64,000 nt of DNA from positions 7,198 through 71,197 of the forward strand of contig CAZDIP010000004.1 in NCBI GenBank assembly GCA_964505635.1. The letters are read 5' to 3'. Below, one piece after another: positions 8,271-15,985 of this stretch (the first letter of the stretch is position 1; every line of letters begins with the position of its first letter). The notes below the pieces were generated by a model that saw only the letters and a list, made by a program, of their open reading frames with translations, searched no databases and had not been told where the DNA came from. The position numbers and the translations under genes were made by a program. The stretch is from an uncultured Candidatus Saccharibacteria bacterium. Lineage in GTDB: Bacteria > Patescibacteriota > Doudnabacteria > UBA920.

Positions 8271-9536
8271 ATGAAATTTGCTAAAAAAACTTTATCAAAC
8301 GGGTTAACTATTATTGAGGTCCCATCTTCAGATGCGGAAAGCGTGGTAGTGGATTTTTTTGTTAAAACCGGCTCGCGCAGCGAAACAGAAAAAGAAAGCG
8401 GCATCAGCCATTTTTTGGAACATTTTTTATTTAAGGGTACAAAAAAATATCCGTCGGCTTTGGCAATATCTAGCTTGATAGACAGCATAGGCGGGGAAAT
8501 GAACGCTAACACCGGCAAAGAACATACCCAGTATTATATTAAAGCCTCCAATCAGCATTTGGAATTAATTTTCGAAGTGCTTACGGATATGATCCAGAAT
8601 CCTTTGTTTGACCAAGAGGAGTTAGAAAGGGAAAAAGGCGTAATTGTGGAAGAAATAAATATGTATAAGGACACGCCAATGTACGAAATAGAAAACGTGC
8701 TGGAGCAAAAAATGTGGCCGGGCGAGCCTTTGGGTAGGGACATTGCAGGCACTAAGGAAACTGTAACTAAGTTTACGCGAGAAATGTTTTTGGATTACAT
8801 AAACAGGCATTACCAGGCGCCGAATATGATTTTGGGCATTAGCGGCAAATATAGCCAGAAAAAATTTGACGAACTGGTAAAAAAGTATTGGAGTGGTTTT
8901 CCGAAAAAGAAATTTCACGGCTGGGGTAAAACTTTAGACAAACAAAAATCGTTTCGCGTAAATCTGCAATTTAAACAAACCGAACAGGCTCATTTGGCTT
9001 TAGGGTTTAAGGGTCTAAGCTATGCTAGCAAGAGTTTGGCTGCGCAGTCAGTTTTGTCCGCTATTTTAGGCGGCGGAATGTCCTCGCGCTTGTTTATGGA
9101 GGTTAGGGAAAGAAGGGGTCTTGGTTATTATGTGCGCGCAAGCGGGTCTTCATACCAGGACGCCGGGGTGTTTAATATTGGCGCTGGCGTACAGGTGGGA
9201 AAAATTGAGGAAGCACTTAAGGTTATAATGCAGGAATTGGAAAAAATAAAAAATAACCTTGTTAATTTAACTGAACTAAATAAAGCCAAAGAGTATTTAA
9301 AAGGAAAAACTATTTTGGCTTTGGAAGACAATCAAATACGCTTAGACTGGTTTTTAGAAAGAGTTGCATTTTATCCGCAAATAATAACGCCCAAGGAAGC
9401 ATTTGAAAAAATAGACAAAGTTACGGCAAAAGACGTGCAAGAGCTCGCAAAAAATTTGTTTAGGAAAGATTGCGCAACATTAGCGGTCATTGGCCCCTAT
9501 AAAACCGATAAAAAATTCAAAAATATATTAATCTGA
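8271..9536 (+). CDS. M16 family zinc peptidase (insulinase/pitrilysin-like)
   Basis: Inverted zincin motif HFLEHFLFKGT near the N-terminus, 421 aa, two-domain M16 layout. Confidence 0.85.
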   Translation: MKFAKKTLSNGLTIIEVPSSDAESVVVDFFVKTGSRSETEKESGISHFLEHFLFKGTKKYPSALAISSLIDSIGGEMNANTGKEHTQYYIKASNQHLELIFEVLTDMIQNPLFDQEELEREKGVIVEEINMYKDTPMYEIENVLEQKMWPGEPLGRDIAGTKETVTKFTREMFLDYINRHYQAPNMILGISGKYSQKKFDELVKKYWSGFPKKKFHGWGKTLDKQKSFRVNLQFKQTEQAHLALGFKGLSYASKSLAAQSVLSAILGGGMSSRLFMEVRERRGLGYYVRASGSSYQDAGVFNIGAGVQVGKIEEALKVIMQELEKIKNNLVNLTELNKAKEYLKGKTILALEDNQIRLDWFLERVAFYPQIITPKEAFEKIDKVTAKDVQELAKNLFRKDCATLAVIGPYKTDKKFKNILI

Positions 9537-9548
9537 TACTAAAACACC

Positions 9549-10493
9549 GTGCTATCTATTGGCTGTCATGTTAGCGCCGCTGGAGGAGTCTGGAACGCGC
9601 CTAAAAATGCGGCTAATTTGGAATGCGAAACTTTTCAAATTTTTACCAGGCCGCCTATGGGCGGACCAGCGCCTAAAATAGATGAAGAAGCAGCGGACAA
9701 GTTTAAGACCGAGATGGAAAAGTATAAGTTTACAGACTTCGTTATTCATTGCCCTTATATTGTTAATTTTGGTTCTGCTAAAAAACCTACATATCACGGC
9801 TCTATTGGTATTGTTTCCGAAGAACTTAAACGGGCAAATAGTTTGGGAGCAAAATTGGTAATGACCCACTTAGGAAGCTTTAAGGACTTAGGGCAAGAAA
9901 AAGGCATGAAGCAGACGCAAAAAGGTTTTGTGGAAGTTTTGGAAAAATATGAAAAGGCATCAAAGAACCCAAAAACCGAATTTTTGCTGGAAATAGCAGC
10001 CGGTAGTGGGGAAGTTATTGGCGACACTTTTGAAGAATTGGCGGAGCTTATGGAACCCTTAAAGAAATTTAAAACTTTCGGGGGAATTTGTTTTGACACC
10101 CAGCATGCTTTTTCAAGCGGTTACGACATTAGAGATAAAAAATCTGTTATAGAGACATTTAAAAAGTTTGAAAAAGTAATAGGCCTTAAGTGGCTTAAAA
10201 TGTCGCACATTAACGACTCCAAAGTGCCTTTGGGCGGCAAGAAAGACAGGCATGAGCATATTGGCGATGGGGAAATAGGGAAAAAGGGGTTTGAGGCGCT
10301 GATTGGATATTTTGAAACCCTCACCCCAAAAACCCTCTCTACCCCTCGGCTTCGTTCGGGGCATCAACGCCAGGCGGGGGAGAAAAATAATGTTGCTTTC
10401 GGCGGCTTTCCCTTGATTCTTGAGACAGAGCATGATAAAGTCAAAAAAGATATAGAAATATTAAAAAATATAAGAAATAAAATTTATGTTTAA
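9549..10493 (+). CDS. nfo: Endonuclease IV (AP endonuclease, TIM-barrel) with a ~28-aa repeat-derived in-frame insertion near the C-terminus
   Basis: GTG start; MLSIGCHVSAAGG...HCPYIVN...MTHLGS...DTQHAFSSGYD...DRHEHIGDGEIG...PLILET. Insertion TLTPKTLSTPRLRSGHQRQAGEKNNVA relative to E. coli Nfo. Confidence 0.85.
   Translation: MLSIGCHVSAAGGVWNAPKNAANLECETFQIFTRPPMGGPAPKIDEEAADKFKTEMEKYKFTDFVIHCPYIVNFGSAKKPTYHGSIGIVSEELKRANSLGAKLVMTHLGSFKDLGQEKGMKQTQKGFVEVLEKYEKASKNPKTEFLLEIAAGSGEVIGDTFEELAELMEPLKKFKTFGGICFDTQHAFSSGYDIRDKKSVIETFKKFEKVIGLKWLKMSHINDSKVPLGGKKDRHEHIGDGEIGKKGFEALIGYFETLTPKTLSTPRLRSGHQRQAGEKNNVAFGGFPLILETEHDKVKKDIEILKNIRNKIYV
10317..10386. repeat. Family-2-related element inside nfo, in frame
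   Basis: accctcaccccaaaaaccctctct...cgccaggcgggggaga. The internal ccaggcgggg also resembles the intergenic hairpin at 36795-36815. Confidence 0.65.
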
Positions 10494-10641
10494 TGAAGGC
10501 AGGGAAGGAAATATTAAAAGCCCGGACAATATGGGGATAGGCCTAGAAGCAAGTTTGGCAAAAGTCCCCAAACAGGCGGTTGGGGCGGTAATAAACGTTT
10601 ACAAGTCAATTGAGCAAATGATAGAGAGGGGTATTTAAAAT

Positions 10642-10827
10642 ATGAGCGGTACTATAAGTTTAGAAAAGATTATAGAAGTTATTGAAGCTTCCGAACTTGA
10701 CCCAACTATTAAGGAGATTTTAGTGAGGGATTTAAAAAGTGAAGGCCTTACTGAGTTTTTGGAAGAACAAATTAAAGCTTATTGCGATAAAGCCATTGCT
10801 ATTTTAGAAAAACGTAAAGGCGAATAA
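10642..10827 (+). CDS. Hypothetical small protein (61 aa)
   Basis: ORF track. Confidence 0.35.
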   Translation: MSGTISLEKIIEVIEASELDPTIKEILVRDLKSEGLTEFLEEQIKAYCDKAIAILEKRKGE

Positions 10828-10842
10828 AAGTAAGGCAAATTT

Positions 10843-11880
10843 ATGACTTTTGCAGAATTGGAAAAAAGCACCCAGGTTATAATCAAAGTAGTTTTTGTTG
10901 TTCTTGCTTTAGCCTTTTTGTGGGTAATCAGAGACATTATTGTAATAATGCTTTTGTCTTTGATTTTAGCTTCCGCCATGGATCCCATGGTGGATTATTT
11001 TAACCAAAAGAAAATTCCCAGGGCAGTTAGCGTTATAACCGTTTACGTCTTGGTGCTTGGTTTGGCAGGTTTAATTATTGCTTTAATTATTCCCCCGGTG
11101 GGAGAGCAATTTAAGTATTTTCAAGCCAACTTGCCGGAATATCTAGGAAATTTTCAACAAAAATTTGCGGGAACCGAACTCGGGAACTTATTTTCGACAG
11201 ATACTTTTAAAAATCTAATTTCCGGTTCAGGTTCCAGTACGGTTATTAGCAGTACTTACGGGGTCTTTAGCGGGCTTTTTACTTTTCTTACTGTTTTGGT
11301 AATTTCTTTTTATTTGGTAGCGGAAGAACAGGGGATGAAAAAGTTTGTTGCGACGCTTTTACCAGAGCATCACCATGAGTTTACAATGGGGCTTTTGGAG
11401 AAAATCCAAAAAAAAATGGGTTTGTGGATTTTGGGGCAGTTAATCTTAAGTTTTTCAATTTTTGTATTAACCTTAATCGGGTTGGTTGTGGTGGGTCTTA
11501 TATTTGGGTCACAGGGCGGTAACCCGATTTTATCTAACGCCTTATTGCTCGCACTTTTGGCCGGACTATTTGAGGTCATGCCTTATATCGGTCCTTTTTT
11601 ATCGGCCATACCCGCGGTGTTAATAGCTTTTACTTTTAGCCCGCCGTTAGGGTTAGTAGTCGGTATTTTATATTTGTTAATTCAAAAAACCGAAGGCTAT
11701 GTGCTGGTTCCGAAGGTTATGGAAAAAACCGTTGGAACTTCTCCTTTGGCAGTGCTTTTAGCCATGCTTATTGGTTTTAAGCTTTCAGGAGTAATAGGTC
11801 TTTTAATAGCGGTTCCTTTAGTCAGCGCTGTAACCGTAGTTGTTAACGAATTTTTGGCTAGTAAATCCGCGCGGCCTTAA
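10843..11880 (+). CDS. AI-2E family transporter (PerM/YdiK-like permease)
   Basis: Eight predicted TM helices, 345 aa; sequence features typical of this family (DPMVDYF...IPRAVSVITVY...MPYIGPFLSAIP). Confidence 0.75.
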   Translation: MTFAELEKSTQVIIKVVFVVLALAFLWVIRDIIVIMLLSLILASAMDPMVDYFNQKKIPRAVSVITVYVLVLGLAGLIIALIIPPVGEQFKYFQANLPEYLGNFQQKFAGTELGNLFSTDTFKNLISGSGSSTVISSTYGVFSGLFTFLTVLVISFYLVAEEQGMKKFVATLLPEHHHEFTMGLLEKIQKKMGLWILGQLILSFSIFVLTLIGLVVVGLIFGSQGGNPILSNALLLALLAGLFEVMPYIGPFLSAIPAVLIAFTFSPPLGLVVGILYLLIQKTEGYVLVPKVMEKTVGTSPLAVLLAMLIGFKLSGVIGLLIAVPLVSAVTVVVNEFLASKSARP

Positions 11881-11885
11881 TAAAT

Positions 11886-11914
11886 TTGTTAAAAAATCAA
11901 GAAAAAGCTATAAT
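11886..11914 (+). promoter_or_regulatory. Candidate promoter TTGTTA-17-TATAAT upstream of metG
   Basis: Good spacing; overlaps/precedes the hairpin at 11918..11945. Confidence 0.3.
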
Positions 11915-11917
11915 AAT

Positions 11918-11945
11918 AAGGCCTTTTTAAGGCCTTTTATTTAAT
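11918..11945 (+). terminator. Hairpin aaggcc-tttttaa-ggcctt plus T-run after the transporter gene
   Basis: 6-bp GC-containing stem and TTTTATTT immediately before the metG ATG. Confidence 0.45.
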
Positions 11946-13430
11946 ATGGATAAATTTTATTTAACCACAACTTTACCTTATGTTAACTCCAGTCCTCATT
12001 TGGGATTTGCTTTGGAATTAGTGCAGGCTGATACTATAATTCGCTACCAAAAACAACTCGGTAAAGAAGTGTTTTTTAATACCGGAACCGACGAACACGG
12101 GATTAAAATTTTTCAAAAGGCTCAGGAGCAGAATAAGCAAGTTCAGCAGTACGTGGACGAATATGCTGATAAATTTAAAAATTTAATGCCTCTGTTAGGT
12201 ATTTTGCCGGAAATTCACTTTATTCGTACAACCGATAAGAATCATATTAAAGCCTGTCAGGAGTTTTGGAAGTTGGTGGATAAAAACGGGTATATTTATA
12301 AAGCAGAATATAAGGTTAAATATTGCGTGGGCTGTGAGTTGGAAAAAACCGAAAGTGAATTAGACAAAGAAGGTCAGTGTTTGGTTCACCCACATTTAAA
12401 TATAGAAATACGCGAAGAGGAAAACTATTTTTTTAAGTGGAAAGAATTTGAAAAGCCGTTATTGGAATTATATGCGAAATATCCCGACTTTGTGGTGCCG
12501 GATTTTCGTTTTAATGAAATAAAAGAATTTGTAAAAAGAGGCCTAAAGGATTTTTCTATTTCCCGAAGAAAAGAAAAAATGCCCTGGGGCGTCCCCGTGC
12601 CGGGCGACGAAGAACATGTTATGTACGTCTGGTTTGATGCTTTGATAAATTATGTTTCAACTCTTGGTTGGCCGGAAAACAAAAAAGATTTTCAAGAGTT
12701 TTGGGGAAATGTCGTGGATCCCAGGGCAGTTCAAATTGCAGGCAAAGATAATTTACGGCAACAGTCGGCTATGTGGCAGGCCATGCTTATGGCTGCGGGG
12801 CTGCCCACCTCAAAACAAATTGTTATTCACGGATTTATAAATAGCGGCGGGCAAAAAATGTCCAAATCTCTTGGCAACGTGGCCGACCCTTATGAAATAA
12901 TTTCCGCGCTTTTAGAAAAAGGCCTTAGTAAAGAGCAGGCAACTGAAGCCTTGAGATTTTATTTACTCCATGACATTCCTACTTTTGAAGACGGAGATTA
13001 TACCTGGGAAAAATTTACGGAAAGTTATAATGCGTTTTTGGCCAATGGGATTGGCAATTTAACAAGCAGAATTTTAAAAATGGCGGTTAACTTAGGAATA
13101 AAAATAGATTTATCTAAGCAAAATATTAATACAAACAATACAGAATATTCTTTTAGATGGTTTATGGATAACTATAGACTAAATGATGCCATTAATGATA
13201 TTTGGCAAAGAATAAGGAACATGGACCAATCTATTCAAACCAAAGAACCATTTAAATTGGCTAAGGTGGATATTGTTAGAGCTGAGGCCGAAGTTACTAT
13301 TTTATTGGAGGCGCTTTATAGTATTGCCTATGATTGTCAAATGTTTATTCCTGTAAGCTCTGAAAAAATTTTAGAGGCATTAAATGAGCCAACTTTAGAA
13401 AATATTCCAAAGTTGTTTCCAAGAATATAA
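11946..13430 (+). CDS. metG: Methionyl-tRNA synthetase
   Basis: Class-I HIGH-region variant (NSSPHLGFA), CxxC knuckle (CVGCE), KMSKS, anticodon-binding helical domain; 494 aa. Confidence 0.9.
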   Translation: MDKFYLTTTLPYVNSSPHLGFALELVQADTIIRYQKQLGKEVFFNTGTDEHGIKIFQKAQEQNKQVQQYVDEYADKFKNLMPLLGILPEIHFIRTTDKNHIKACQEFWKLVDKNGYIYKAEYKVKYCVGCELEKTESELDKEGQCLVHPHLNIEIREEENYFFKWKEFEKPLLELYAKYPDFVVPDFRFNEIKEFVKRGLKDFSISRRKEKMPWGVPVPGDEEHVMYVWFDALINYVSTLGWPENKKDFQEFWGNVVDPRAVQIAGKDNLRQQSAMWQAMLMAAGLPTSKQIVIHGFINSGGQKMSKSLGNVADPYEIISALLEKGLSKEQATEALRFYLLHDIPTFEDGDYTWEKFTESYNAFLANGIGNLTSRILKMAVNLGIKIDLSKQNINTNNTEYSFRWFMDNYRLNDAINDIWQRIRNMDQSIQTKEPFKLAKVDIVRAEAEVTILLEALYSIAYDCQMFIPVSSEKILEALNEPTLENIPKLFPRI

Positions 13431-14089
13431 TGACTGTAGAAGGATTGCACGTTAACGGGCCAGAAAATAGAAATTTTTTAGCAGATGCAGAAGCAAGGCT
13501 TTTAACTTTGGGTTTAAGCTTAAAAGATTTGGCTAGATATGATCATGTTTTAGACATAGGCGCAGCAGACTGTGCTATTGAGAGAGCTTCTTTATCTTTG
13601 GGTCGGAGGAATGTAACTTCAGTAGATAGAAAATTTAGTTTGACAGAGACAGAGCTAGCGGGTTTAAATGTTATGAAAATTGATGCAGCGGATCTTAGTT
13701 TGTCTGAAAACTCAGTAGATATAATTTTAGTGACCTCGAGTGCTTATAAGTATACCAGGACTGAAAAAGAGACTTTAGAAATTTTGTTTGGATTAAATAG
13801 AGTTTTAAGAATTGGAGGTAAACAACTAGTTCATCCCGCGCGATTTGGGCATATTGTGGAGGATTTAAAAAGAATTTACCCGGAATTTGATCGGGCAGTA
13901 GAAACTGAGAGGCACAAGAGGTCAGCGGAACAAGCTAAAATAATAATTCATAATAATACCATTGCTGATCAACAAACTTTAAGTTATTTAAGAGAAAATA
14001 ATATTTTTGCTAGAAAGCTTAAAAGCCATGAACCTCATCCTTTGCCCAGTTTTGAGCATTATTTAGAAATCCCAAAGTTTAAATGTTAA
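13430..14089 (+). CDS. Class I SAM-dependent methyltransferase-like protein (219 aa)
   Basis: Motif I VLDIGAADC, acidic beta2 end, post-motif VDIILV...LNRVLRIGGKQ. Paralogous in layout to the 20819..21478 product. Confidence 0.5.
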   Translation: MTVEGLHVNGPENRNFLADAEARLLTLGLSLKDLARYDHVLDIGAADCAIERASLSLGRRNVTSVDRKFSLTETELAGLNVMKIDAADLSLSENSVDIILVTSSAYKYTRTEKETLEILFGLNRVLRIGGKQLVHPARFGHIVEDLKRIYPEFDRAVETERHKRSAEQAKIIIHNNTIADQQTLSYLRENNIFARKLKSHEPHPLPSFEHYLEIPKFKC

Positions 14090-14928
14090 TTGACACCCAT
14101 GCCCATGTGAATTTTAAGAGTTTTAAAGACGATGCCAGAGAAACTTTGCAGCGGGCTTTAGACGCGGGTGTGAATGTTATAAATGTAGGTTCGCAAATAG
14201 ATACCTCAAGGCAGGCTGTGGAATTAGCAAATAGTTTTGAAAAAGGAGTATACGCTGTGGTGGGTCTGCATCCGGAACATACCCATTCGCAATATGTGGA
14301 CGAGGAAGAAACGCACTTTTTGTCCAGGGAAGAAAATTTTAATTACGATGAGTATAAAAAATTGGCGCAAAATGAAAAAGTTGTTGGTATAGGGGAGTGT
14401 GGGTTGGATTATTATAGATTGCCCGATGACAAAGGCTTTCATGCCGAAGTTAAAGAAAAACAGAAAGCAGCCTTTAGGTTGCAACTGAAATTAGCTAAAG
14501 AATTAAACAAGGCCTTGGTAATTCATAGTAGACCAGAAAAGGGCAATGAAGAATTGTTTGATGATTTAATAAATATTTTAGATACCGAAGGAACACCAAA
14601 TTTAAGGTTTGAGGTGCACAGTTTTACAGGTAGCCCTAGAGCTTTAAAAATGTTTTTAGACCGAGGCGCGTATGTTTCTTTTAATGGTATAATTACATTT
14701 GATAAGACTGGGAATATGGAAGAATTGGTGAAAATGGCGCCTATGGACAGGATAATTTTAGAGACCGATTGCCCGTATTTAACACCTGTGCCTAATAGGG
14801 GAAAAAGAAATGAGCCAGCATACGTCCGTTTTGTGGCGGAGCATGTGGCTCGGGTGAAGGGGCTTAAGGCTTCTGAAGTCGCAGAGGCGACCACCGGGAA
14901 TGCGAAAGGATTGTTTCGGCTGAGTTGA
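14083..14928 (+). CDS. tatD: TatD family metal-dependent hydrolase/DNase
   Basis: MLIDTHAHVNF N-terminus, GECGLDYYR, HSR..E, ETDCPYL motifs. Confidence 0.88.
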   Translation: MLIDTHAHVNFKSFKDDARETLQRALDAGVNVINVGSQIDTSRQAVELANSFEKGVYAVVGLHPEHTHSQYVDEEETHFLSREENFNYDEYKKLAQNEKVVGIGECGLDYYRLPDDKGFHAEVKEKQKAAFRLQLKLAKELNKALVIHSRPEKGNEELFDDLINILDTEGTPNLRFEVHSFTGSPRALKMFLDRGAYVSFNGIITFDKTGNMEELVKMAPMDRIILETDCPYLTPVPNRGKRNEPAYVRFVAEHVARVKGLKASEVAEATTGNAKGLFRLS

Positions 14929-15141
14929 TTAGGTTCCGCAGGCTCCTTCTTCATGAAGGGTCGACAAACCAGTTTTGTTGGGAAGTTCTGGTTGGTTCAA
15001 TACAACTCCTGGGTTTAGGACGAAAGACAGTTGCCCGTCCTTAATCGTCAATATTCCAAGAATTGTACTACTGCTCAGGGCAGTAACTTGCAAGAGTCCT
15101 TCCTGTTCGACTAGAGCTCTCAAACCTGCTTTGTTTAGCAT
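14929..15141 (-). CDS. Orphan small protein (70 aa) in a GC-elevated segment, strong RBS
   Basis: Minus-strand ATG at 15141-15139 with AGGAGG 11 nt upstream; local GC about 50% versus about 40% elsewhere; no recognisable family. Confidence 0.35.
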   Translation of the reverse strand: MLNKAGLRALVEQEGLLQVTALSSSTILGILTIKDGQLSFVLNPGVVLNQPELPNKTGLSTLHEEGACGT

Positions 15142-15169
15142 TTATATCGAGCCTCCTTGCGAAGAACTC

Positions 15170-15189
15170 TATCATCATCATCATCATCA
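15170..15189. repeat. (CAT/ATC)6 trinucleotide microsatellite in a divergent intergenic region
   Basis: catcatcatcatcatcat run; produces the spurious His5 ORF on the plus strand. Confidence 0.9.
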
Positions 15190-15258
15190 AAAGTCAATCG
15201 TATGTGTTATCCTAAATCGACCTTAGACGGGATCCAGCATAAAGTTATTCATATTATG

Positions 15259-15297
15259 GATTCCGGATATCTCGCTTCAGGAGATTCCGGAATGACA
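15259..15297. promoter_or_regulatory. Near-perfect palindrome ggattccggatatctc...gagattccggaat between divergent genes (possible operator)
   Basis: Inverted repeat arms tccggatatctc / gagattccgga immediately upstream of the NUDIX gene start. Confidence 0.35.
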
Positions 15298-15313
15298 AAG
15301 TAGTTAATTATGT

Positions 15314-15880
15314 ATGCAAAAATATTTTCCTAAAAATGAGAATGAAGAAAAATCTTTTGTTGAAGTTTTTGGTCTGAATCCAGGACAACCTTTGGATCCA
15401 TATTTTGAGGCGGATAATGCTGATGCAATGCCAAGACTGGATTTGCCAACGGTTTGTATAAACGCGGTCAGCAGTATAATAAAGCATCATAGTGAAAATA
15501 AATATTTAGTGGTTAAACATCACAGAAGCAGTGTTGACGGTTATTTTTCGGTTTCCGGCGCGGTTGATTTGGGCGAAAGTCTGCAGCAGACAGCGGCCAG
15601 GGAAATTGCCGAGGAAACCGGCTACAAACACCTAAAGTTTGTAAGCAGTTTGGGAGAACCGATATATTTTAAATATTTTAAACTTAGTAAAAATGAAAAC
15701 CGTTTGCTTAAATTAACGCCGTTTTATTTTCAAACTTTAGATGACGAAGTTGAACCTATGACTGAATATGAAAAAGCCAAACAGGAACCAGTTTGGCTTA
15801 AAGAACCAGACATAGAGCAATTTTTAAGAACCAGGCCTTTTCATAGAATTTTTTGGGAAAGAATGAAAGAATTGCAATAA
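15314..15880 (+). CDS. NUDIX hydrolase
   Basis: Nudix box GAVDLGESLQQTAAREIAEETGY (GX5EX7REUXEEXGU). Confidence 0.8.
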   Translation: MQKYFPKNENEEKSFVEVFGLNPGQPLDPYFEADNADAMPRLDLPTVCINAVSSIIKHHSENKYLVVKHHRSSVDGYFSVSGAVDLGESLQQTAAREIAEETGYKHLKFVSSLGEPIYFKYFKLSKNENRLLKLTPFYFQTLDDEVEPMTEYEKAKQEPVWLKEPDIEQFLRTRPFHRIFWERMKELQ

Positions 15881-15985
15881 TTTTTTTAAGCTAAATTTTG
15901 TTTATGAAAAAATATGAAGCCTCAAAAGTAGAAAAAAAATGGCCCTCCTTCGCTAAAGCTTCGGAGGGTAAACAAAAGTTTTAAT

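Noticed and set aside
14975-15226. 83-aa plus-strand ORF with a His5 run
   Set aside because: It is created by the (CAT)6 microsatellite in an intergenic region, has no RBS, and overlaps the better-supported minus-strand ORF.
15900-15985. T-box riboswitch upstream of leuS
   Set aside because: The leader is only ~100 nt with a single hairpin; it is too short for a T-box and lacks the AGGGUGGNACCGCG motif.
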